A program made the translations under genes and the position numbers. The notes beneath the pieces were generated by a model, which saw only the letters and a program-made list of their open reading frames with translations, was not told the origin of the DNA and did no database searches. This document shows positions 14,193-26,699 of a stretch of DNA of 64,000 bases, in pieces. This DNA comes from the human T2T-CHM13v2.0 reference genome, Homo sapiens, in assembly GCF_009914755.1 (NCBI RefSeq), contig NC_060926.1. One strand, given 5' to 3'. How positions within the stretch are numbered: position 1 is the stretch's first letter; every line of letters starts with the position of its first letter.

Positions 14193-14483
14193 TTTTTTGA
14201 GACAGAGTCTCATATTGTTACTCAGGCTGGAGTGCAGTGGTATGATCTCAGCTCACGTCAACCTCTGCCTTCTGTGATTCTCAAGTAATTCTCCTGCCTT
14301 AGCCTCCTGAGTAGCTGAGACTACAGGTGTGTGCCACTACGCCCAGCTAATTTTTGTATTTTTAGTGGAGACGGGGTTTCACCATGTTGGCCAGGCTGAT
14401 CTCAAACTCCTGACCTCAGGTGATCTGCCCGCCTCAGCCTCCCAAAATGCTGGGATTACAGGCATGATCCACCATGCCTGGCC
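14193..14483 (-). mobile_element. Alu (AluSx/Sz-like), antisense
   Basis: TTTTTTGAGACAGAGTCT..CTCCTGACCTCAGGTGATCTGCCCGCC..CCACCATGCCTGGCC. Confidence 0.93.
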
Positions 14484-14944
14484 TAAATTCTGTATTAAAT
14501 CTATCAGAGTATCTTCCACATAATAGCAGTTCAGTAAATATTTGCTGAAGAAATCTGGGTAACTAAAAGAATAAAATATAAACCTAGAGATCTTCACCGA
14601 AAAGTATTATTGAGATCTAATATGAGCTTATAAATGCATTAGGTCTATTTTGATTGAAGAAGAAATATAAGATGTAACCCAAGCTCTCAGAGTGGTTTCA
14701 ATTAGTTGAAGAGAGAAGACCACATATATAACAGATATGGGGATTATCTTTTGCACATAACAGGTTCTTAATAAATGATGAAGTATTTGAAATGATTGAG
14801 TGAAAATATCTGAAATAATTATAAATGATAACAGCAATTTAAGGCACTGTAAGGTAGGTGTTCTGGGGATAAGAGCCAAAGGGTTGATGTAGTTCACAAT
14901 GCAGGGCTCAGGCTGATATTTAAGGAATATATAAATTTAAGCCT

Positions 14945-15112
14945 GTCATTCTCAACTCTGGTTGCACATTACAATAGTGAGTGCCCAGATCCCACCATAA
15001 GAAAATCTTATTTAATTGGTCTGAGGTGAAGCCCAGGCATTTATGTGGCATTTATGTGGTATAAAAGCTACAGAGGTGATTCTAATGTTCAGTCAAGGTG
15101 AGGATCTCTGGT
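14945..15112. mobile_element. MER5-type hAT-Charlie MITE
   Basis: TTCTCAACTCTGGTTGCACATTA..TTAATTGGTCTGAGGTGAAGCCCAGGCAT..GGTGATTCTAATG. Contains an 11-bp tandem duplication (GGCATTTATGT)x2. Confidence 0.7.
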
Positions 15113-15319
15113 ATAAAATGGTCAGTGAGGACAGAGAAGAAATTCCAGGAAGAGTTAGAGGAAGAGGGATGGTAAAGGGGGATGATTTGTGTATAGGACC
15201 TTGAAAGGATGTATAGTGGTTCAAATGGGAGCTGTACTGAAGCTAGTCTAGTTTAATGTTGTGGTAACAAAGTCCCTGACTGGAGTAGCCTAGATAGGGA
15301 TGGAAGTAATAGACATGTG

Positions 15320-15460
15320 GCTCTCTTATGTACGTGGGCTTTGATTTTTAGATACACCCAGCTTAAATCTCCTGGGAAAGGTTGCATAATCTCTATAGGC
15401 CCTAGATCTCTTATCTCTAAAATGCATAATAATTCTACTTCAAGTAGCTCTCTCATGAGG
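15320..15460 (+). mobile_element. MIR fragment with internal deletion
   Basis: GGGCTTTG..AGATACACCCAGCTTAAAT..TCTTATCTCTAAAATGCATAATAAT. Confidence 0.5.
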
Positions 15461-16604
15461 TGTGGGGACAAAACGACATGCTGAAAGAAAGAGATGAGTT
15501 CAAGATGAGTGGGAAAATGGTGATGTTCCCACAGAGGCAAGAAGATGAAAGTGCCTAAAAGGGAACAAAAGCAAGTCACATGCTTCACATATAGTCCTAG
15601 AAAAATAAATCATTCAAAAATTTATAAATAAAATACACTGTGGATTAATAAGCCGCTATTTTATAAAACAAATCTCACCTACCTCCCAAAGACTAGTAAT
15701 ACATTTTCCCTCAAAACTGACTCTACTAACTCAAAAATCAAATTAGAGATGTATGAGCCAACTTGGGCAAAATAAGAAATGACCCTCTTGAAAGTTTACT
15801 TAGTGTTTTTAAATGTTCCTATTAAGAAGCAGAAGTATGTAAGTCCCGTGAGAAAAAGCCAAATGAAAATAGGAAGTACTGAAAATGAAAGCCACATACG
15901 TTTTGTAAGAATTTATCCTTCCAAATTCTTTTGGTATACTTTTTCTACAACAAAATAATTGAAATTGTTAAACTTTCAAATGAATATAATCTACATGGCA
16001 GCATATATTAGTGCAGCTATTTTTAAATTGAGTGTAGTGGCTTAGAAACACATTAAATGATAATTAGGCACCCTTTTTGACTTAATACAAATAAAACGAA
16101 AAGTAATAAGTGAAGCAGAATGATCTAGGAAGAAGTGTTGATCTATAATTAAATTGGGGTTTTTAAAAATCTGAAGCTCATTAATTTACCAGGCCAACTT
16201 TTGAAATGGTCTCTAGGTATCATTGCCCGACTATATTTCTGTTATCTCCATGCATTGTTATGTACTGTCACTCACTTTATTGCCACAGAACTTTGATAAA
16301 CAGACATGCAATGCCATTTCAAAGTAGAGAAGACAAGCTACAGAGAGGGATTAACTATCCCCTCAAAACATGCCTGGCTAAGCAGTAATAATGACGGGGC
16401 TGGAACACAACTTTCTTGAGTCTGATATTATTTCATTGTAGACTATCGTATGCATTTTAGTGGTCACCAACCATTTAAAATCAAATTCAGTAAAAATAAT
16501 TATTCTATCTTTCTTCTGATTGTTATAACACAAGTGAAACCAAATGCATTCTCTTTATGGAATTTTGTATGACTTGGACTCTGATAAATGTTACTTTATA
16601 AAAT

Positions 16605-16810
16605 AAGCAGTAGTTCACGTTTTCAATATGTGCAGAGCTCTAATTTTAGATAGACCCAGCTTAAATATTCTAGACAAGTGGCTTAATCTCTACATGCTTC
16701 AGATTTCTTGTCTATAAAATAGATAATAATTTATATTTTATATTTGTGAGGATTTAAGAATACATATAATGTTCTTAATATAAAATAGGCTCAATAAATA
16801 TTATTTACAT
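16605..16810 (+). mobile_element. MIR with internal deletion
   Basis: GAGCTCT..AGATAGACCCAGCTTAAAT..CAAGTGGCTTAATCTCT..TCTATAAAATAGATAATAAT..CTCAATAAATATT. Confidence 0.6.
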
Positions 16811-16836
16811 AATTTTGATGTTGAAAATAACTATTT

Positions 16837-16932
16837 CCTATGGCACACATTTACCTATGTAACAAACCTGCACTCCTGCACATATATCCCAGAACTAAAA
16901 ATAGATAAATAAGTAATGATAAAAGAAAAAAA
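16837..16932 (+). mobile_element. L1PA/PB extreme 3' end
   Basis: ATGGCACACATTTACCTATGTAACAAACCTGCAC..CCCAGAACTAAAAAT plus an A-rich tail. Confidence 0.8.
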
Positions 16933-17199
16933 TGCTAAAGTGAATTCTTCACATTGAAAAATGAAACAATGAAATAATATGATTTCATATGAAACCATAG
17001 GAAAATATAAAGCTCTCTATAAAAGGTAAATATATATACAAGTATAAGACTGTTATCATAATGATGGTATATAAAACTCTCATAATTCTGCTATAGATTT
17101 AGTATAGTGTACTACTAAACTGTACACTTAAAAAGGTATAAAATGTTATATTTGTTTTAGTTCAATTAAAATTTTATAAAATGAAAAAAGAAAACTAAT

Positions 17200-17935
17200 T
17201 CATAACATGGATGTATTAATTTATTATTTATTACCAAAATTGCATTTTATAAAGAAAAATAGCAATCTATGTTATAACCAAAGATACTCTGAAAAAAAAA
17301 TCAGGTTAAAATATGGAAAAATATTTCAAACAAAAATATGTGAAAAAATGAAAAGTACAATAAAAATATCAACATGCGTTTTTATGAAGCTAGACAAGTT
17401 TATTTTAAAGTTTATGCAGAAAAATACATACACAAGAATAGGGCCTGGCATGGTGGCTTATGCCTATAATCCCAGCACTTTGCGAGGCCTTGGTGAGAGG
17501 ACTGCTTGAGCCCAGGAGTTTATGACCAGCCTAGGCAACATTAGTGAGGCCCTGTCTCTACAAAACATTAAAAAAAATAATAATAACCAAGTGTGGTCCC
17601 AGTTACTCAGGAGGCTGAGGCAGGAGAATCACTTGAGCCTGGGAGGTCAAGGTTGCAGTGAGCCAGGCAGTGAGCACTCCAGCAGGCTGGGTGACAGAGT
17701 GAGGCCCTGTTTCAAAAAAAAAAAAAAAAAAAAAAAAAACACTAAAAAGAAAAGCTGTAAGTGGGAACTAGTTATAACAAATGTTAAAACCTAGTATAAA
17801 TCTTTTATACTTAAATCTTTTTATACTATAAATCTTTTAAACAGTGTGTCACCAGCTCATGATAAAAAGACTGATGAGTGGAACTGAATGGAAATTCTAG
17901 AAATAGATCCAGGTACATATTGAACTTGGGTATGT
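17200..17935 (+). mobile_element. Ancient L1M ORF2 fragment interrupted by an AluJ
   Basis: [15 protein letters not shown]-like segment (17207-17509 ORF) and downstream GATGAGTGGAACTGAATGGAAATTCTAGAAATAGATCC (DQWNR.E.PEIDP-like). Confidence 0.65.
17442..17739 (+). mobile_element. AluJ
   Basis: GAGGACTGCTTGAGCCCAGGAGTT and GGGAGGTCAAGGTTGCAGTGAGC J-type diagnostics. Long poly(A) tail. Confidence 0.92.
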
Positions 17936-18086
17936 ATGTGCATATCTGTACATTTACATCTATTTCCAAGTTCTCTGCCAAACCTGAAAACCCATTTTTG
18001 GGGATTTCTCTCCTGCACTGACTTGGTGTTACTGTCCTGGCAGGTGAACCTTGATTTTATTCCATGCTTCTAGTGATAGATTTTAC

Positions 18087-18298
18087 CAGCATTGTTCATT
18101 ACAACTTTCTGTATTGATGGAAATGTTCTAAAATCCGGGCTGTCCATTAGGGAAGCCACTGTCCATATGTGACTATTGAGCCTTTGAATTAGGCCAATGT
18201 GTGACTGAGAAACTTAGTTTTAAATTCTATTTAATTTGAATTAATTTATGTTTAAATAGTCATACAAGGTGTGTGGGGACGCTACTGGATGATCCTGC
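18087..18298 (+). mobile_element. MER3 (hAT-Charlie MITE)
   Basis: AACTTTCTGTATTGATGGAAATGTTCTA..GCTGTCCA..AGCCACT..ATGTGACTATTGAGC..GACTGAGAAACT..TTTAAATAGTCA matches the MER3 layout. Confidence 0.8.
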
Positions 18299-19663
18299 CC
18301 TATACTCTAAGCTCCTCCAGGAGAGGTCCAAGTCTGTTTAGTTCACATCAATGTCTAGTACAGTGCCTGAGGGATGACTAGTCTTTTTATTTCCAATCCG
18401 TATTAATTCTATTACATATGTATAGTAGGAGGGCTGGTTGCACCCTGATGTTCAGCTCCAAACCAGAAGATTAAATGCCCCAGTGCTGGATGTAGATGCT
18501 TAGAAGAAGCAGAAGCAGCTGCTAAGGGTGGGGCGTGATCAGGGAGGAGAACTGCAGCTTGTAATCGGTATTTCTTGCAAAGGCTTTTCCCTCTGCAAAA
18601 GTTCACTCTAATTTACATAAACCTCGGAGTATTGTTTTTAGATAATAGGGAGTAAAAAACAAAAGCAGACATAAATATATTTATCCACCTGCCTCAAGAA
18701 AATGATAGCTTTCTTAAAATAGTATTTTCAGCCTTTCTCTGGAGAAATATGTCTTTGAGGAAACATACACTCTCAATGGTTTAAGTAAACACGTCTCAGG
18801 AAAGCAGAACATCAGATGGAGGGCTCAACAGCAACAAAAGGAGGAAATCAGAATTTTATAAGAATTTCTGGTAATCTAAAGATTGTTTAAATCAGATCTT
18901 CATAGACAATTTTGGGCAAAGTCAAATAAAATGTTAATGCTGGTATAGAGAGAGCAAATGTTCTATGGGGCCATAAATGACTGACTGGACTTTCAGCTTT
19001 CCCAGTCCCTCAGCCGAGTAAGGAAAGCTACTCAACTTCTCTGATCATTAGCTCGTTTATCCGCAAAAGAGAATTGTATTGGGTAAGTGTGGTTTGCGGG
19101 GATGGAAATGTGGGTCAATGGTCAGCAGAGGTGAATTCCCCTCTACTAGTGTTTCCTGTCACACTATAGCTACCCCAAAGAGGTTGTCGTACAGGGTTAA
19201 ACAATGTGAGAGCTGGAGAAGGTTCTAGAAATCACCCAATCAAATGAGGAAATCGACTAAAGAGGCAAAGACAAAAGTGATACCAGCAGCAGACTCTAAA
19301 AAAAGAACATGGCAAAAGTCACCAGGCTCACACCTGCTCCATGCTCTGGGTCACCATCTTCGAAATCAGGACTCTGCTGAAAGTTCAGAGATGCTAACAC
19401 TCAAGTGCATATTTCAAGTACAGCTTTCTCACGCTGTGATTTCCATTATTTGTTTTTCTTTAGTTTGTTAAGTGTGTTGCCAGAGTGATGAGATTTCTTT
19501 ATTCGAGCAAGTGATTACAATCACTTTACATTAAAAAAAAAAAAAGTCTCAACATTATATAGTAGGAAGACCAGCTTTTTGCTCAGTCTTCTACAGTTTT
19601 CTCTCTTTCAATGAGGCACTTTGGCGTATCTTAAATTTCAATGAACACAAACAACTTTCAGGG

Positions 19664-19829
<166 letters not shown>

Positions 19830-21834
19830 GTTCTTTTACTCTGGGTGGCCTCTTTAGCTTCATTGTCTTTTCTCTTCCTGATCATAAGACACAGCATACA
19901 GATGTCTGATTGTGACAAAGGACTTGTGAAATTACACATTACAGACAAAGAATAGTTATGTCAGTTATGAAATTTTGTATTTTATAGTACAGTGCAGAAG
20001 TGCAATATCAATGTGTAGATCAAATATTTGCTTAAAAGAAAATTCCCTAAAGTCATACAATTTGGAAATTCGTTCAGATTTGAGTATGCTTTTGATTTAC
20101 TTTACAGCAAGTATAAAATCCATTTTATTTTCTCTCCTGTTTCCTGATTTGGGTACTTAATTTTACATAGGTAAACATCTACAAACCTTTCCTCGTGTCA
20201 AGTTAATTTTCTCATATAGAATTTCTTTTTAGCACAGCTACAACTTTATCTAATGAGAAATCATTTTAGGTCTGGTATTCAGATATAATAGAACATAAGA
20301 GAAAGACAAAGAACCATAATTTTTGAAATGAGGTAATATAACCTAAATATTATGTGTGTGACATGACAAAGAAAATAATATACAACTGATACTTTACCAA
20401 ATTTTGGGATATTACCCCATTGTGTCACTCTGGAGACGAACACACAGAACACTCCTAGAAGGCATATGACCTGGGTAGTTTTATCATTATCCATTATTAG
20501 AGACTGTAGACCTATAAATATTATTAATGATGTGCTTTCTTTTTCAATGAGTCATCTGCTCTCACTACCCTTTTCTTTAGCTATTATTTCCCCAGTGTTC
20601 CTCTTACTTTTTTATTTTTAGGGTCTCTCTCCCTTTCTCACTCACTCATCTCATACCTGTTCCATATTTTATTTATTTATTCATTCATTCATTGTATTCA
20701 GAAAGAACTTATATGATGATAAGATTAATATTAATCATAAAGAAAGGAAGATTCTCAGAGAAGACATTCATTCACAGTGCTGAGTTTTTGCCTCTGTTTT
20801 TTCTTTTAAGACACTATTTGGACAAATTCCAAAATGAAACCTTCCCTTAACAATAGCTCTTTAAGTGAAGCTATTTTTTAGTTGATTTTCTCCCTTTATA
20901 ATTTCATGGTTTAGAGCAGTATTTCTGGACACTTAACCTCTCCCTCCTTCTCAACAGGAATCTCTTTCTTTATTGAGAGTAACAAAGCCAGAAGGGAAAG
21001 CAGGTGTTCAAAGCTTCAGTGGCCACAACTGGAAAAAAAGAAAGAAAAAAAAACTTCATCCCCAATCTATCTAGAGCATAATCTTTTTAAAAATATGCTT
21101 TCCTAAGTATTATACTGTAGGTTTATTCAATTTGCTTAATTGGGAGTGCATACTACCTACAGACTTGCCAGAAAATTTCTGGGACATCCTATTTTTTCTC
21201 ACTCTTGCTAATGAGAGGGAAGCCCTAGACAGCAAACTCCTATGGCACAGCTCAAGCTCTGACCCAGGGGTAATGGGCCTAACTAGAATAAAGACAAAGG
21301 GGCCTCCCAGGGGCTTCATCATTAGTCCTTTATAATCATAGTCTGTAGGAATCCATGGATCAGTAATCATAAGTCCAATTCTGAGACAACTTATTTTTAA
21401 TAATATGAGCTATTTATAAAACCATAATATGGTATAAATTAAATTATAATACCGTAGGTCCACTACTTTTATTTTCTAAGTGGATGCAAAGTGATCTAAA
21501 ATGATCTATAGAAATAATTAAACTTTGTAAGGTGGTAAATTAGTGAAATTAACTTGCTAATTATTGTGAGACATTGAAATATTAGCACTCTCCATTCAGA
21601 TAGAAAAAATATTGGACGAATTAAGTGATGATCTTTTTTCTTATTTTTCTCCTATTTTTTGCTTAATTCTCTAAGAATTCCAAGATCTACATTTTTAAAA
21701 TCTAGAATAAAGTATTTGATGATTTTCTTTCATTCAAAGTCAGTTCAGTATGCTTCCTTCATCAAGCACAGAATGTTTCTCAAACCAAGTTGCATTTCAG
21801 ATGTCATTTTAAAAAATAACCTTTCATGTGTTAA

Positions 21835-22190
21835 CATCCTGGGAAAAAAACTAAGTGTTCTCATATATTGTTGTTGGGAGATAAATTGTTGGAATGTCTG
21901 TGAAGAGCAATTTGGCAATGTAGATCAAACGGAAAAAGCACATAAAATTTAACCATGAAATTCCACTTCTAGATATTTATTTAGCCTCTACATATACAGG
22001 TTTATGTGCACAGTGATGCATATGAAATGATATTTACTTGTGCATTTTTATAATACCAAAAATTAGAAACAACCCAAATGTCATTAATAGAACTTGTAAA
22101 ATAAGTTTTTCTATGTCCATAGTGTGGAATGACATAGACATATTAAAAAAATAAATAAAACAATAAAAATAAAATGATGCAGCTATTAAA
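21835..22190 (+). mobile_element. Ancient L1ME 3' fragment
   Basis: TTGTTGGGAGATAAATTG..AGCAATTTGGCAAT..TTCCACTTCTAG..AAATTAGAAACAACCCAAATGTC. Confidence 0.65.
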
Positions 22191-22194
22191 ATTA

Positions 22195-22400
22195 TAATAC
22201 CTAATATTTATTGAGCAGTAATAATTTATTAAATAAATACATAAATTCATTTAACCCTCATAATATCCCTATGATGTATATATATTATAAATCCTGTTTT
22301 ATAGTTAAGAAGACGGAGAAATGGAGATGTTTCCTATAGTGATCAAGATAGAATGCAAGTAATACCTTATTAAAACCCAGTCCATTTTATACTGTGTTAT
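22195..22400 (-). mobile_element. MIR
   Basis: CTAATATTTATTGAGC..TCATTTAACCCTCATAATATCCCTATG..TTTTATAGTTAAGAAGAC. Confidence 0.6.
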
Positions 22401-22656
22401 ACTATATAACAACTATCAGGTATCCAGAGTGTGTGTCCATTTGTAAGAGAAATATATTTGGAAGGAAAGAAGGGAAAGGACAGAATCTGCATTCTTAATT
22501 TATCTAAAGAATATAATTCTTTTAAAAGTATGCCTTCCTAAGTATTTTATTATTTGCTAATGCACAACATTTTTCTAATATATTCAATAAATAAGTATTT
22601 TTTCAATAGAAGTAAGGGTTTCCATAAGTCATGCATGGCAAAGCATCTGTAAAACT

Positions 22657-23262
<606 letters not shown>

Positions 23263-23327
23263 AATAATTGAATGCTTTCAGGTTTCATTGTACTTCACTT
23301 GCTTCTCCTCCAGCATTATTTCTCTAG

Positions 23328-23517
23328 CATGAAGATTCTCAGTCCTTCATGTACATTAGAGTCACCTGAGAAACATTCAAATAATACCTGGGCCCCACTA
23401 CCAGAGGTTCTAAATTACTGTTCTGGTCTGAGGCCCCAGCATAACTATTTTTCTTTCTTTCTAATTTTTTTAAACTTTGCATTCTAATATGAAGCCATTG
23501 AAGAGAACAACTGCTCT
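23328..23517. mobile_element. MER5-type MITE
   Basis: TTCTCAG..ACATTAGAGTCACCTGAG..CCTGGGCCCCAC..CAGAGGTTCT..ATTCTAATATG..GAGAACAACTG. Confidence 0.6.
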
Positions 23518-24551
23518 AACTATCTGAGCCTGTTTGGGTTGTGCAAGAAACTTAATTTTTCAGAAGGTATGGTATTTCTTTTAATAGTATTTTAGATGCT
23601 AAGTTTTGCATTTCTTAACTAGGCAGGGACATTTATTTTGTTGAATGATGCCTAATATGTTGGAAGATTGGACTTTTTAACTAAAGGAATATTTTTTAAA
23701 AATTTAGTCTTTGCTTGGTTAAATTTGTTTAATCATTGTTGGAACAAAGAGCCTTATCCGTATTCCGGTTTGTCCTCCAATTTTGGCCAGGAAGAAGCAT
23801 TTAAAGCACTTCGAATAGAGCAAATAAAAGTTGCAAATCTGTTTATATTATGACTATGATAAATTAAATGTAACCAACAGTACTGGCTTAAAGAATATGC
23901 CTTTACAAGTCACAAAAATAGATCTTTCTGGCCCCTAATATTCCCAGTGCTATAAAAATGGACTGTGATAAACATACTAATAAAATTTTTGTGCTCTTCT
24001 GGATAAGCTCTAGTTTTATAAAATGCCACTAAAAGTTGATTCTTATTATATGTCATTGTATTCCATGGAGCCGACGTTCAGCCTCTCAGTTTTTCCATCA
24101 TTTTTTCATAATTTACTCTCTTTTCTGTCACAATGTTCTGCTTCGTATTTCAACTCTCATTGCTGATTGGATGGTAGTCATAAAATATGGGTGATTCAGA
24201 AAATAAGTAAATGAAATGAAATAAAATTGTGGCTTATAAAATTACCCAACTTCAAAAAGGAAAAAATTACTCATAGAATCTGGGATTTTTTCTGGAGTCT
24301 TTGGTATCAGCTACATAATTGGTTTCTGTTTGTAAAATACCAGAACCTAAACCATACAGCTCTCAAAGTTTTATTAACATTTAAGCTGTTAAAAACTTAC
24401 CTCCTTTATGATTTTATTTTTTTCCAAAATACTAAAATTCTCTTATCAGTTGGCTGTATTGGCAAGTTAGAATATAAGTTCCTTAAGGACAGGCACCAAT
24501 CTGCCTTGTTCACTACATTTCTTCAATGTCCAGTAAAATAACTAACATGCA

Positions 24552-24716
24552 TTTTTTTTTTTTTGAGACAGGGTCTTACTCTGTTAATGAGGCTGGAGTG
24601 CAGGGGTGCAATCACAGCTCACTGCAGCCTAGCCTTGACCTCTCAAACTCAAGAGATCCTCCTGCTCTAGCGTCCCAAAGTTATGAGATTACAGACATGA
24701 CCCACCATGCCTGGCT
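24552..24716 (-). mobile_element. Single Alu monomer (J-type; left-arm 5' half joined to right-arm 3' half)
   Basis: Reverse complement reads GGTGGGTCATGTCTGTAATCTCATAACTTTGGGA.. then GGCTGCAGTGAGCTGTGATTGCACC..CTCCAGCC. Flanked by ATGCATTTTT on both sides. Confidence 0.85.
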
Positions 24717-25969
24717 CATATGCATTTTTTTAGTGAAAGAAAATAGAAATTTATAACAAAATATTTCAAAGTACAATATAGCTCTGTTACAGTGAAATTC
24801 ATTAATGATAAAGTGAAGCTGTAATTCAATCACTCTGAATTTTGTCCTTTTTCTGTCTCTGTTTACTCCCAAATAATTCTAAAATTAGGTTACTGAATAA
24901 ATTTAAAATATAAAATAATTTTAAAACAAAAAATTATGTTCACATTTGGGGAAAATTTTCAAGCTATAATGTAAGCTTGGCCTACCAAGTATTCTTTCCA
25001 TTGGCAATGGTAGCATGGCAGCTATTTAACATTTTGAAGCAGATACCACTACTGTTACTTTCAAACAAATTGTAGTACTATATTTACCCATGTGATAGAG
25101 GTTGGATGATTGTATTGAGTATGACCTAGCATTCCGCAAGCATACCTTGAGTTAAAGCCTGTGAGCTGCGGTACAGTCACTTCATCCTGTAAAGCCTGTT
25201 GTGATAGCATCAGCCTAGTTCTGAGCTTATAGGCAGTAGTTTAGAATCAAATGCTTTGTGAACTGGCTCCATTGTTATTGAACAAATGGATATAGGAGCA
25301 GACTAAAACATTTGCCAGTAGATTGCATGCAAGACCTTATTACCTTGAAATATTCCTTCATAAAAAAAGGTATGAATGTAAATTATAGACACTTGTAAAA
25401 AAAAAAAGCTCCATTCTTTTGTGTAGATGATATCTCAGCTGAAAAGAATTTGAATTTGTGAAAGGGGGCATGCAGGACTCAGTTGAAAAGAAGTGGAATT
25501 TGCAAAACAAGGCAGGCAGGACTTGACCGATTTGGTAAGCTATCATCACATAAGCTAAAAATATAATTTTTTGATCAAGTTAGCCTCTTGCAAAGGTTTG
25601 AAGTCAGAAACTTGGTAATTGTTTGCATAAGGTACCTCTCCCAGGGGTACAAAATGCTTAGCAAAATAATCCTAATGATTGCTGGGAATTACTCAAGCCT
25701 CTCTGTCATTTATCATTAATATATCTGTATGCATGTGCTTAAAAGTGAGTAAAACTTTCAACAAAGAGAAATCCATGCATGTATTAAATTTAAAACAAAA
25801 ACTATAAAATTATCTCTTAATTATAGAATATAACTTTTTTTAGAAACTCCAATATTTTGGAAATATTTTGGAGACTAATAAATCCTAGGGAATATGCAGC
25901 TGAATTCTGAGCATTGTTTTCTGTTAAGTGGCCACAAAATAGTTACAAACTCATCTCCTGGGATTATAA

Positions 25970-26180
25970 ATGAGCTGTGTTTGAATCATGATTCTCTCCC
26001 TTACTAGCTATGTGGTTATGAGCAAGTAGCATGACTTCTCTACCCTACAGATATCTTGTTTTTAAAATAGGAAAAGTAATAATACACACTCAATGTTGGA
26101 GCTGTTGCAGAAATTCATTTGGGTAATAGATATGAAGCAGCTAGAATAGCCAGTGTTCATTAAGTATGAGCTATTAATAT
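25970..26180 (+). mobile_element. MIR
   Basis: GTTTGAATC..CTTACTAGCTATGTG..GCAAGT..TAAAATAGG..TAATA. Confidence 0.7.
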
Positions 26181-26439
26181 TAATGATTGCTTGACTATGG
26201 AAAAGTATGTAACTATGCAAATAAAACTGTGCAAAATCCTTGACAATAAAAAGTTCAGCTCTAGCCATTAACTCCTCTGGCTGGAAGATGTTTTTGCACA
26301 GTCAGACTAGTTTGTTTTTGTTCTCTGAATTGCTTGCTGCTTAGTTACCTAGTTACTGGGGTTGAGAGCTAATATTCAGGGATGAATCCTAATACTCTTA
26401 GTTAACAAAAAAAGTCTATAAAAAATCTAGTGTTTATGT

Positions 26440-26585
26440 TATCATAATTTATCAAGAATTTGTGATCTTCCAGGTACTATGCATGAATAGTTTCATCTAA
26501 TCTTTACAATAACTCTGTGATAAAAGTACTATTTTTATTCCTTTCATGGTAAAATAACTAAAGCTTAGAGAAGTTATGCAGATTA
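26440..26585 (-). mobile_element. MIR fragment
   Basis: CCAGGTACTATGC..TCATCTAATCTTTACAATAACTCTGTGA..AACTAAAGCTTAGAGAAGTTA. Confidence 0.6.
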
Positions 26586-26699
26586 TTTATTTATATTTGT
26601 GATTTTAAAAGTTAAACTTTTAATCAAACTCATGATTTCAAAATATTTTTGTATGGGATGAGGCTAAAGTAGCTACCCCAGTGGGCAATATGCCCTACG

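Noticed and set aside
18490-18620. GC-box-like GGTGGGGCGTG plus CAGCTG as a promoter
   Set aside because: Isolated motifs, with no CpG island and no downstream exon evidence.
25147-25187. Possible 41-nt minus-strand micro-exon (TTTACAG/GAT...CAAG/GTATGC)
   Set aside because: No polypyrimidine tract, length not a multiple of three, and no recognisable peptide.
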